Shown here piece after piece: positions 16,825-24,759 of a stretch of 64,000 bases of DNA; position 1 is the stretch's first letter; each line of letters opens with the position of its first letter. The DNA comes from an uncultured Candidatus Saccharibacteria bacterium (GTDB taxonomy: Bacteria; Patescibacteriota; Saccharimonadia; Saccharimonadales; SZUA-47). The notes below the pieces were generated by a model. It did no database searches, was not told where the DNA came from, and saw only the letters and a list, made by a program, of their open reading frames with translations. The stretch covers positions 25,457 to 89,456 of the forward strand of contig CAZHXX010000004.1 of the NCBI GenBank assembly GCA_964536485.1, written 5' to 3'. The position numbers and the translations under genes were made by a program.

Positions 16825-18603
16825 ATGAGTCAAGACAAAATTAGAAATTTCTGTATTATTGCGCATATCGATCATGGGAAGAGTACGCTCGCAGACAGGT
16901 TACTTGAGATTACCGGTACTGTCGAAAAGCGAGAAATGAAGGCGCAACTACTCGACAAAATGGACCTCGAGCGTGAGCGAGGTATTACTATTAAGCTTGC
17001 TCCGGTTCGCATGAATTATAAGGGCCATCAACTTAACCTTATCGATACACCCGGGCATGTTGACTTTAGCTATGAAGTGTCCCGCAGTTTGCAGGCTTGC
17101 GAAGGGGCTATTTTGGTAGTGGATGCTTCGCAGGGTATTCAAGCACAGACACTCGCAAATGTGTACCTTGCGATGGAGGCGGACCTGACCATTATCCCCG
17201 TATTAAACAAGATAGATTTGCCTGCAGCAGACGTCCCGCGAGTTACAAACGAGGTTGTTAACTTACTCGGTTGCAAACCTGAAGACGTGCTTGCGATAAG
17301 CGCTAAAACCGGAGCTGGTGTTGATGCGTTGCTCGATGCAGTCGTAGAAAAAGTTGCTTCTCCAAAAGGTAACGTTGAAGCCGACGCTCGCGCTCTTATT
17401 TTTGACAGTTTCTACGACGAATACCGTGGTGTTATCGTATATGTTCGTACTATTGATGGCCGGCTACCAAAAGGGGCAGAAATTAAAATGCTCGCAACCG
17501 GTGCAGAGGGCGATGCCCTAGAAGTGGGGTACCTTTCACCAGATATGAAGGCAACCCCTTCACTCGAATCAGGCGAAATTGGTTATATAGTGACAAACTT
17601 TCATGACACAAGTGAAGCGCGTGTTGGCGATACGGTATCTCTAAAAAAGCAGTCCCCGCAAGCACTACCTGGTTATAAAGAAGTGAAACCGTTTGTGTAC
17701 GCTGGCTTTTTCCCAAATAGCAACGAGTTTTATCCGCAGTTAAAAGATGCGATAGAGAAATTAAAGTTAAGTGACTCGGCACTGCTTTATGTTCCTGAAA
17801 ACTCTCCGGTGCTTGGGCATGGATTTAGAATTGGCTTTTTGGGCTTGCTTCATATGGATATTGTGCGCGAACGTATTGAGCGCGAATTTAATATTGAGCT
17901 CATCGTCACTAACCCTTCTACTGACTATAAAGTGTCTCTTACCGATGGAACGGAACTTGACCTTACTAACGCAAGTCAGCTTCCGCCCACTCAAGAAATC
18001 ATCGAAATTCGAGAGCCATGGATTATGGGTGAGATTGTTGTACCAAAAGAATTTGTTGGTGCTGTTATTCAGCTTATAACGAGCTCGCGTGGGTTCCAGA
18101 AGAACATCAGCTACGTTGATGACCAGTTGGCACTCATAACTTTTGAAGCGCCTTTGGCAAACTTACTTACCGATTTTTATGACAAGCTAAAGAGCCAAAC
18201 ATCTGGTTACGGGAGTTTTAATTACGAGCTTGCAGATTACCGTGTGGAAGATCTAGTACGTCTTGATTTTTATGTTGCGGGGGATATCGTTGAAGCGCTC
18301 AGCCTCATGTGTCATCGAACTGAAGCGGTGTCACTTGGTAGAACAACTGTTGAAAAATTGAAAGATATTATTCCGCGACAGAACTTCAAGGTTTCGGTCC
18401 AGGCTGCGATTGGTGCAAAGTTTATCGCACGTGAAGATATCAGCGCTTTCCGCAAGGATGTTACTGTTGGGCTGTATGGCGGAGACGTCTCACGTAAAAA
18501 GAAGGTGCTTGCCAAACAGAAACGAGGCAAAGAGCGCTTAAAGCGATTTGGAAAAGTCGACTTACCAGCAGAAGCATTTACAGTATTGCTTAAAAGAGAT
18601 TAG
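16825..18603 (+). CDS. lepA: Translation elongation factor 4 (LepA)
   Basis: IRNFCIIAHIDHGKSTLADRLL, DTPGHVDF and NKID GTPase motifs, plus a LepA-type C-terminus. Confidence 0.97.
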   Translation: MSQDKIRNFCIIAHIDHGKSTLADRLLEITGTVEKREMKAQLLDKMDLERERGITIKLAPVRMNYKGHQLNLIDTPGHVDFSYEVSRSLQACEGAILVVDASQGIQAQTLANVYLAMEADLTIIPVLNKIDLPAADVPRVTNEVVNLLGCKPEDVLAISAKTGAGVDALLDAVVEKVASPKGNVEADARALIFDSFYDEYRGVIVYVRTIDGRLPKGAEIKMLATGAEGDALEVGYLSPDMKATPSLESGEIGYIVTNFHDTSEARVGDTVSLKKQSPQALPGYKEVKPFVYAGFFPNSNEFYPQLKDAIEKLKLSDSALLYVPENSPVLGHGFRIGFLGLLHMDIVRERIEREFNIELIVTNPSTDYKVSLTDGTELDLTNASQLPPTQEIIEIREPWIMGEIVVPKEFVGAVIQLITSSRGFQKNISYVDDQLALITFEAPLANLLTDFYDKLKSQTSGYGSFNYELADYRVEDLVRLDFYVAGDIVEALSLMCHRTEAVSLGRTTVEKLKDIIPRQNFKVSVQAAIGAKFIAREDISAFRKDVTVGLYGGDVSRKKKVLAKQKRGKERLKRFGKVDLPAEAFTVLLKRD

Positions 18604-18615
18604 AATAGGCGTAAG

Positions 18616-19332
18616 ATGCAAAAAGAAGACTTTATCACGTGGGCACGAAAGCTACAAGAAACTTACAATGCCAGTGATCAAGTTCGCGCGCAACTCTCTC
18701 AGGTGGATCTGCTGGCGATTGTGGGGCCAACAGGAGTTGGTAAAACAACCATCATAAATGAACTAGATGTCCCAGCGGTCATGAGCGATGTTACTCGCAA
18801 CATGCGACCAGACGAAAAAAATAATCAAAACTATCATTTTCGTGAAGATTATCTCGGTATTCTTCAAGAAATAAAAAACGGCTTGTTTGCACAATTTGTT
18901 GTCAGCGATGCAGGGGATTTCTATGGTACGCATATAGATGCCTATCCCACAAAAGACTGGTGCAGTATGGCCATTTTTGCAGATGCAATTCCTAGTTTTC
19001 GACAACTAGGCTTCCGAAAGGTGGTGCCTGTGTATATTATGCCCCCTGGCTATGTGGAGTGGATGCGACGTGTTGGTGCACAGCGCGAAGCGGATATTAC
19101 GAGTCGAATTGCTGAGGCAATTAAGTCCATTAAGACAGCGTTGCTTGACCCTGAGTATCATTTTGTATTGAACGATAGCTTGGAGCTTGCAGTGAAAGAC
19201 GTCAAGAAAATCATGGCAGGAGAACTACCCGATGAGCATCGTGCGCGACTCGCAAGAGAAACTGCTGATATTCTTTTAGAGCGTCTCGGCGACCAAGACG
19301 ACACAATGTACTTCTCAAACGAAGCTGAATAA
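18616..19332 (+). CDS. Guanylate kinase-like P-loop kinase, paralogue 1
   Basis: P-loop GPTGVGKTT. Gmk-like segment SDVTRNMRPDEKNNQNYHF...FYGT. Confidence 0.6.
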   Translation: MQKEDFITWARKLQETYNASDQVRAQLSQVDLLAIVGPTGVGKTTIINELDVPAVMSDVTRNMRPDEKNNQNYHFREDYLGILQEIKNGLFAQFVVSDAGDFYGTHIDAYPTKDWCSMAIFADAIPSFRQLGFRKVVPVYIMPPGYVEWMRRVGAQREADITSRIAEAIKSIKTALLDPEYHFVLNDSLELAVKDVKKIMAGELPDEHRARLARETADILLERLGDQDDTMYFSNEAE

Positions 19333-19346
19333 TTTATACTTACAAA

Positions 19347-20066
19347 ATGGAAGAGACGACAAAACAAACACTTACCGCGCTTCATGCAGCAGTTGCATCC
19401 TATGCTATGCCCGAACCGGCTAGAGCTTTGGTTGCTTCAGGGCAAGTAACGCTTCTGTGCGGGGTTACCGCATCAGGCAAGAATACAATCGCAAACTATT
19501 TAGTCGACCATGGTAATTATCAGCACGTTGTTTCGCATACGACTCGTTTGCCGCGCGAAAACCATGGAGTGCTCGAACAGAATGGTAAAGAATACTGGTT
19601 TGTGAACTCTGAACAAATGCTTGAACTTGTCGAAAACAAAGCATTTATAGAGGTTAAAGCGATTCATGGAGACACCTGTTATGGCACAAGCATTGAAGCT
19701 GTGAAGGTAGTCGTGGAAGCCGGTATGCATCCTGTGATGGAAATAGACGTGCAGGGAGCACTTGAATTGACCGAAGCAGTTCCAGGCCTAAGGCCACTGT
19801 TTATTTTGCCTCCAAGTTATGAAGTGTGGATGGAGCGTCTTGGCTCACGAGGCTTTATAAGCGATGGCGAAAAAATGCGTCGCTTAAGAAGCGCAAGCAT
19901 GGAAATAGAGACTGCACTCGACCACCCTGCATTCCTGCTTACCGTCAATCATGAGGTAGAGCTTACCGCTGCAGAAATCATCCGAGGCATCGACCTTAGT
20001 GCTGACACGCAGGCACACTACAGGCAACTCGCCAAAGACTTACTAGAAGCAATCCGAAGTATCTAA
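19347..20066 (+). CDS. Guanylate kinase family protein, paralogue 2 (the more canonical one)
   Basis: P-loop GVTASGKNT. Gmk signature SHTTRLPRENHGVLEQNGKEYWFV...CYGTS. Confidence 0.65.
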   Translation: MEETTKQTLTALHAAVASYAMPEPARALVASGQVTLLCGVTASGKNTIANYLVDHGNYQHVVSHTTRLPRENHGVLEQNGKEYWFVNSEQMLELVENKAFIEVKAIHGDTCYGTSIEAVKVVVEAGMHPVMEIDVQGALELTEAVPGLRPLFILPPSYEVWMERLGSRGFISDGEKMRRLRSASMEIETALDHPAFLLTVNHEVELTAAEIIRGIDLSADTQAHYRQLAKDLLEAIRSI

Positions 20067-20077
20067 CTATTATTCTG

Positions 20078-20260
20078 TTACTTTTTCTGACTGGATATAC
20101 GCCAAACCATGAGCAGACTCGATAGCATAGTCGTAACGAGCATAAGCACTATATCAAGTGATCTATCTATAGCATAGAAGAGTCCTAGTCCAAGCCATTG
20201 AGAAGAAATAATAAGCGCTACATAGGGCTCTTTTAAGAATGGTAATAAATCTTGTAGCAT
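20078..20260 (-). CDS. Small membrane protein (60 aa)
   Basis: Two hydrophobic segments. It starts 5 nt downstream of the ABC1 kinase stop on the same strand. Confidence 0.45.
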   Translation of the reverse strand: MLQDLLPFLKEPYVALIISSQWLGLGLFYAIDRSLDIVLMLVTTMLSSLLMVWRISSQKK

Positions 20261-20264
20261 TATT

Positions 20265-21692
20265 TTAGCTCCTTGTTAGTCTTTGTAATTTGTTGAAAAG
20301 TAGTGGGTTTGTTTCGGCAATTTTGCTGTACCAGTTCTCTATTGAGCGCGCTATAGACTCAGTATCTGAAGACCAAGCATTTGTTGAATTTTTCAGCCCA
20401 TTTTTTTGTACATAATCGACACAATTGCTGTATACCTTAGCCATTACATCTGGCTTTAAGGAAAAGCTCTCGAGCATTCGGTTAAACGTGCCAGCGCCAA
20501 CTTGCATTTCGCCCGCGTCAAACACTATATCTAAACCAAAGGAATTATTTTCGTTTATCACATTTATAAAAAGCTCGCGAATTCGGGCGTCGTTTAGGTA
20601 GAAAATTACGTCAGCATCATTTTTTCTGTTTTCAAATTTTTGTTTTGCATAATCTTTTATCTTGTACATGTAGTTTTTCTCGCTACTACTATCAACCGCT
20701 CTCAAAGCTCGGTAAAGGTCTGGTGCGTAAAAGTGAAATATTGCCTCAAAAAACTTATCAAAGTCAAAATTACCTTTATAAAATTGGTCATAGCAAGAGA
20801 CAAGGTCAAAAAACGCTGATCGGTTCCTTGGTGCTTGAGCAGTAATGCCAAAGTCTATAAGTCCAATCTTTGTGCCACCCTCAAGAAGCATGAGATTCCC
20901 AGGATGGGTGTCAGCGTGGACGTACTCTCCGTTTAGCGTGCTTAGTAATGACTGCGTGCCAAGTTCAGTTAGGAGACCGACAAAATCTTTATTTTCGGTA
21001 ATAGGTGTCTGATCAACAATGAGTTCGGTAAAGGGGATGCCAAAAAGTCGCTCTTGTACGATAATGTTTTTTGAGCAAAGCTCTAGATATGTATTAGGGA
21101 TAACTATGGTTGGATGACTCTTGAACTTTTCATGGAGGAGCTGAGCTTTATTAACTTCTTGAAGATAGTTAATTTCGTCTTTCGTAGTTTTAATAAATTG
21201 CTTTACAATTTCGTTAATTGGAAACTCTTGGTACTTAGAAAAAGTACGTACAAATAGGCTTACGATTTTGATCATCTTATGATCAAAGCCAATAAACTTT
21301 TCAACAGAAGGGCGAAGAACCTTTATGACAACAGGTTTTTCGTAGTAAGTAGCCCCGTAAACTTGAGCGAAAGAACCAGCTGCTATTGGCTCTGTACTGG
21401 TTAGTGACACATGGGAATTATTGATTTTCTGTAAGATTCTTTTAATATCAATTTGTTCGTAAGGAACTTGGTCAAAAACATGATAGATATGCTCAGAAGA
21501 CTTATTCAAAAATCCATCCTTAAGTACTAGTACTTGTAGAAACTTGACGTAAATCCCTCCAAGCTCTGAAAGTCGTACATAAATAAGATCAGGAATTTTT
21601 TCTTTTTTCCCGCTGAGAGAGAAAAGTAGCATGTCGGTTATGAGAGACATTATTGATGAAAATCTGTTTAATTTTTGACCAAATAAGCTCAT
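20265..21692 (-). CDS. ABC1/UbiB (AarF) atypical protein kinase family
   Basis: 475 aa. Motifs: IAAGSFAQVYGA...VVIKVLRP (nucleotide-binding Lys), HADTHPGNLML, IGLIDFG. Confidence 0.75.
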   Translation of the reverse strand: MSLFGQKLNRFSSIMSLITDMLLFSLSGKKEKIPDLIYVRLSELGGIYVKFLQVLVLKDGFLNKSSEHIYHVFDQVPYEQIDIKRILQKINNSHVSLTSTEPIAAGSFAQVYGATYYEKPVVIKVLRPSVEKFIGFDHKMIKIVSLFVRTFSKYQEFPINEIVKQFIKTTKDEINYLQEVNKAQLLHEKFKSHPTIVIPNTYLELCSKNIIVQERLFGIPFTELIVDQTPITENKDFVGLLTELGTQSLLSTLNGEYVHADTHPGNLMLLEGGTKIGLIDFGITAQAPRNRSAFFDLVSCYDQFYKGNFDFDKFFEAIFHFYAPDLYRALRAVDSSSEKNYMYKIKDYAKQKFENRKNDADVIFYLNDARIRELFINVINENNSFGLDIVFDAGEMQVGAGTFNRMLESFSLKPDVMAKVYSNCVDYVQKNGLKNSTNAWSSDTESIARSIENWYSKIAETNPLLFNKLQRLTRS

Positions 21693-21702
21693 AGGATAAT
21701 TA

Positions 21703-21864
21703 CTATTTTCTTCTCTTAAATATCATAAGAAATATTGCAAAGGTGAAAGTTTGGAGTAAGAAAAAGAATTTTAACCGAAGTACAGAGGAGTCAGTTAGTA
21801 GGGCCAGCAATATGCCAATCGCCCACGATACCACAATGACTATAGTTGCAGAAGCATATTTCAT
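21703..21864 (-). CDS. Candidate 53-aa membrane micro-protein
   Basis: My translation is MKYASATIVIVVSWAIGILLALLTDSSVLRLKFFFLLQTFTFAIFLMIFKRRK. It ends 10 nt upstream of the ABC1 kinase start and is below the track cutoff. Confidence 0.3.
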   Translation of the reverse strand: MKYASATIVIVVSWAIGILLALLTDSSVLRLKFFFLLQTFTFAIFLMIFKRRK

Positions 21865-21930
21865 TGAATATATCTTAACATCTTTAGTATCACGCTCGAG
21901 TCAAAAAAGACCAACCGGAACCTCTAATCA

Positions 21931-22815
21931 TTAAGAAAGTCCGAACAGGACTAGCCCTAGGACGATGATCGCAACTCCTAGATATTGGCGTTTCGCTACG
22001 TGTTCATTGAAGAAGAACCTCCCAATAAGTACCATGGGAACGACCTGAGCACCCTTGATTGCTGTAACGTAGCCGGCGTTAGGAGCATTAATCTTTGCAC
22101 TGTAGGTAAAGAACATATTAAACGCCATAGTAAAACCGATAAAAATCAGAGGATAACGGTAGTGAATAATCGTATTCTGTAATTTTTTCGTATAGCTTTT
22201 TTCTTTCTTTCCGGTTTGTCGGAAAAGCATTATAAGCATCACGAGCGGGACTGCAAAAAGTGATGATATGAAATTAAAATAGATAGGGTTTGTCTCACGG
22301 ATGGCAATTACTTCCAGTGGAGAATAAATGCCCCGCATCGCTACGACTCCTAAGATAAGAAGCACTGCCGGCCGGTTGTCGATAGCCGTTTTTGATGCAT
22401 GCTTTCTTTTTGCCACGAGATAAGCACCAACTATGACTAGGAGCCCAGCAAGAATTCCTTGCGTACTTGGTGTTTGCCCAAGAAGTAGGTAGGAGCCTAA
22501 AATTGAACTTACTGTCGTCAGGTTTATGAGCGGTGCGATGATAGATATATCACCAACTTGAATTGCCTTGTAATAACAAATCAAGTCAAGAGCACCAATA
22601 ACGGCGTATACGGCTAGTACTAGCTTAAACTGCCCGCTTAAATTTACAAGGTTATACCAAGTGGCGAAAGGGAGCATTAGTGCCATAAACGGCAGGGCGA
22701 AAAACTGCTGGAGCCACGCCATAGCAGAAGAGGGAACCTTATCTGCAAGATTTTTCTCGGTACTTCGTCGAATCACGAGAAGGTTCATCGCTAGCAGTGC
22801 ATAAATAAGCCACAT
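21931..22815 (-). CDS. EamA/DMT-family transporter
   Basis: 294 aa with about 10 TM segments and a two-EamA-repeat architecture. Confidence 0.75.
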   Translation of the reverse strand: MWLIYALLAMNLLVIRRSTEKNLADKVPSSAMAWLQQFFALPFMALMLPFATWYNLVNLSGQFKLVLAVYAVIGALDLICYYKAIQVGDISIIAPLINLTTVSSILGSYLLLGQTPSTQGILAGLLVIVGAYLVAKRKHASKTAIDNRPAVLLILGVVAMRGIYSPLEVIAIRETNPIYFNFISSLFAVPLVMLIMLFRQTGKKEKSYTKKLQNTIIHYRYPLIFIGFTMAFNMFFTYSAKINAPNAGYVTAIKGAQVVPMVLIGRFFFNEHVAKRQYLGVAIIVLGLVLFGLS

Positions 22816-22861
22816 CCGTTCAGTGTAGTACGACCTGTCGCTTAATCCAAGTCATGCTCTT

Positions 22862-22888
22862 TTAGCACTCTTGACGCTATAGTGCTAA
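22862..22888 (+). promoter_or_regulatory. CIRCE operator (HrcA binding site) upstream of hrcA-grpE
   Basis: TTAGCACTC-ttgacgcta-TAGTGCTAA, compared with the consensus TTAGCACTC-N9-GAGTGCTAA (1 mismatch). Confidence 0.85.
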
Positions 22889-22900
22889 AAGTGAGATAAT
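22871..22900 (+). promoter_or_regulatory. Putative promoter overlapping CIRCE
   Basis: TTGACG (22871-22876), an 18-nt spacer, then GATAAT (22895-22900). Confidence 0.5.
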
Positions 22901-23618
22901 GCATGTGATTATGAGCCCACGTCAAGAGAAGATATTACGAGCTATTGTTGAGCAGTATGCAGAAGTTGCCAGCCCTGTTGGTTCCCATTTGCTTGCAAAA
23001 CTTTTTAATGTTTCAAGTGCGACTATTCGTGCCGAGATGGCAGAGCTAGAGCGAGCAGGGTACATTAAACAGCCACACACCAGCGCCGGTAGGGTGCCTA
23101 CAGACAAAGGCTATCGCTTTTATGTGAACTTGGCATCAGAAGGTGGCATGCTAGAAACGCCTCCACAACGAGCAGAAAGAGCCCTGAGTGCACGTATTGG
23201 TGAGGGAAGTGTACCAGAGCGTGCAATTCGTAATACAGTTGATACCTTAGTGGAGCTTACGCATAACTTAGGCATAGCGACGATTGGCAAGCAACTTTAT
23301 ATGAGTGGGCTCTCTAACCTTTTTGGCCAGCCGGAATTTACTTTGCCTGGGCAGGTGCAAGAAGTGGCGCGCTTGCTCGACAACCTTGAACCTTGGTTGC
23401 GAGAAGCGGCTCCAAACCAACCTCTTAGTGTATACATCGGGAGCGAAAACCCTATTGGACGCAACAGTGGATGTAGTTTGATAATTAGTAAGTTTAGAAG
23501 CCCTTATTCTGACAGAAGCTTTATCGGGGTGCTTGGTCCTACAAGACAAAGCTACCGCGAAGTTATGAGCCTAGTAGAGAATGCAGGACAGATGCTGGAG
23601 AAGGCATTGTATGAGTAA
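22899..23618 (+). CDS. hrcA: Heat-inducible transcription repressor HrcA (short form)
   Basis: N-terminal winged HTH RQEKILRAIVEQYAEVASPVGSHLLA. It is only 235-239 aa. The alternative start ATG at 22911 would be leaderless if the predicted -10 is real. Confidence 0.8.
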   Translation: MHVIMSPRQEKILRAIVEQYAEVASPVGSHLLAKLFNVSSATIRAEMAELERAGYIKQPHTSAGRVPTDKGYRFYVNLASEGGMLETPPQRAERALSARIGEGSVPERAIRNTVDTLVELTHNLGIATIGKQLYMSGLSNLFGQPEFTLPGQVQEVARLLDNLEPWLREAAPNQPLSVYIGSENPIGRNSGCSLIISKFRSPYSDRSFIGVLGPTRQSYREVMSLVENAGQMLEKALYE

Positions 23619-24090
23619 GAAAAAAGACGAAGAAATTAATTATCAAGAAATTGCTGAACAGCTTGCTAAAGAGAATGCTTCGCTTAATGATGCGCTTTTG
23701 CGTGAACGTGCCGACGCAATGAATGTGCGAAAGCGTGCAGAAGACGAACGCATGAAGATGGCGGGTTTTTATAAAGGACATGTTGTCAAAGAGTTGTTGC
23801 CTGTTATAGACAACTTTGAACGCGCGTTGAAGCATGTTCCTAAAGAGCTTGAGACAAATGACTATATTAAGGGTATTCAAGGTGTCGTAAAGCAGTTTGA
23901 GCAGACGCTCGCAAAAATTGGCGTCGAAAGAATTAAAACTGTCGGGGAACATTTCGACCCAAACTTTCATGAAGCAGTCAGCATGGAAGAAGGTGACAGT
24001 GAGCACGAAACCGTCACTGAAGAACTGCAAAGTGGCTATAAGATCGGTGATGATGTTTTGCGTCATGCCATGGTACGCGTCAAGGGTTAA
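23611..24090 (+). CDS. grpE: Nucleotide exchange factor GrpE
   Basis: I trimmed the start to MSKKKDEE (ATGAGTAA overlap with the hrcA stop). Motifs: LLPVIDNFERAL and FDPNFHEAV. Confidence 0.9.
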   Translation: MSKKKDEEINYQEIAEQLAKENASLNDALLRERADAMNVRKRAEDERMKMAGFYKGHVVKELLPVIDNFERALKHVPKELETNDYIKGIQGVVKQFEQTLAKIGVERIKTVGEHFDPNFHEAVSMEEGDSEHETVTEELQSGYKIGDDVLRHAMVRVKG

Positions 24091-24102
24091 AAATTATTTC
24101 TT

Positions 24103-24387
24103 ATGTCTGAATCCAAGAGCACATCCGTAACTAACTTAAGAGCATTCGTATGCCCAGAAGAAGGAAGGATAAATAGAGCGGCAGAACTTTCGGCTGGCCT
24201 CAGGGCAGATCTAAGAATCATTAGAAGTGCAGTCGCGAGTGGTACTTTTACTCCTGAATATGGTGTAAGAACAATGAAACTTGAAGGTGGTCTGAGTCCA
24301 ACGCAAGAACTGCAACTGACTTCATGCCTTGGAAAAATAGCAGCTGATGCATGCCCAAACTATCCACTAAATAAAGTAGCCGAATGA
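24103..24387 (+). CDS. Hypothetical protein (94 aa)
   Basis: ORF only, with no recognisable motif. It lies between grpE and dnaK. Confidence 0.4.
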   Translation: MSESKSTSVTNLRAFVCPEEGRINRAAELSAGLRADLRIIRSAVASGTFTPEYGVRTMKLEGGLSPTQELQLTSCLGKIAADACPNYPLNKVAE

Positions 24388-24393
24388 TAAAAG

Positions 24394-24621
24394 CTATTTT
24401 TGTTTTTTGCTCTTTGTAATACCATAAAGCTTAATTGCTAAGTAGGGGATTATTAGTAGGGTTAAAAACAGAAACAGTACATGTATTCTGTCTGTTTTAG
24501 TTGGTTCTGCTCCAAATGTTGGATGCCCAAGCAAACTCATAATAGCCAGTATTATTAGTTCCACAATGATCATTAGAGGAATAACAAGTATATGGATTGC
24601 TTTTTTGAAGAATGTAAACAT
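24394..24621 (-). CDS. Small membrane protein (75 aa)
   Basis: Two clear hydrophobic helices (IPLMIIVELIILAIMSLL and VLFLFLTLLIIPYLAI). Confidence 0.45.
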   Translation of the reverse strand: MFTFFKKAIHILVIPLMIIVELIILAIMSLLGHPTFGAEPTKTDRIHVLFLFLTLLIIPYLAIKLYGITKSKKQK

Positions 24622-24656
24622 TTAACAAGTGTATCACATTATAAAAAAATGGAAAA

Positions 24657-24683
24657 TTAGCACTCTAAGTACTTGACTGCTAA
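24657..24683 (+). promoter_or_regulatory. CIRCE operator upstream of dnaK
   Basis: TTAGCACTC-taagtactt-GACTGCTAA (1 mismatch to the consensus). Confidence 0.85.
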
Positions 24684-24701
24684 AAATCGGTTTGCTACTA
24701 T
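24673..24701 (+). promoter_or_regulatory. Putative dnaK promoter overlapping CIRCE
   Basis: TTGACT (24673-24678), a 17-nt spacer, then TACTAT (24696-24701). Confidence 0.5.
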
Positions 24702-24703
24702 TA

Positions 24704-24730
24704 TTGGCAGAAGCATGCATAGAGTGCTAA
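24704..24730 (+). promoter_or_regulatory. Second, degenerate CIRCE-like element
   Basis: TTGGCAGAA-gcatgcata-GAGTGCTAA. The right half matches the consensus perfectly and the left half matches at 5/9. Confidence 0.4.
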
Positions 24731-24759
24731 TTTAGAAGCTAAGGAAAGGGTAAAAATAT

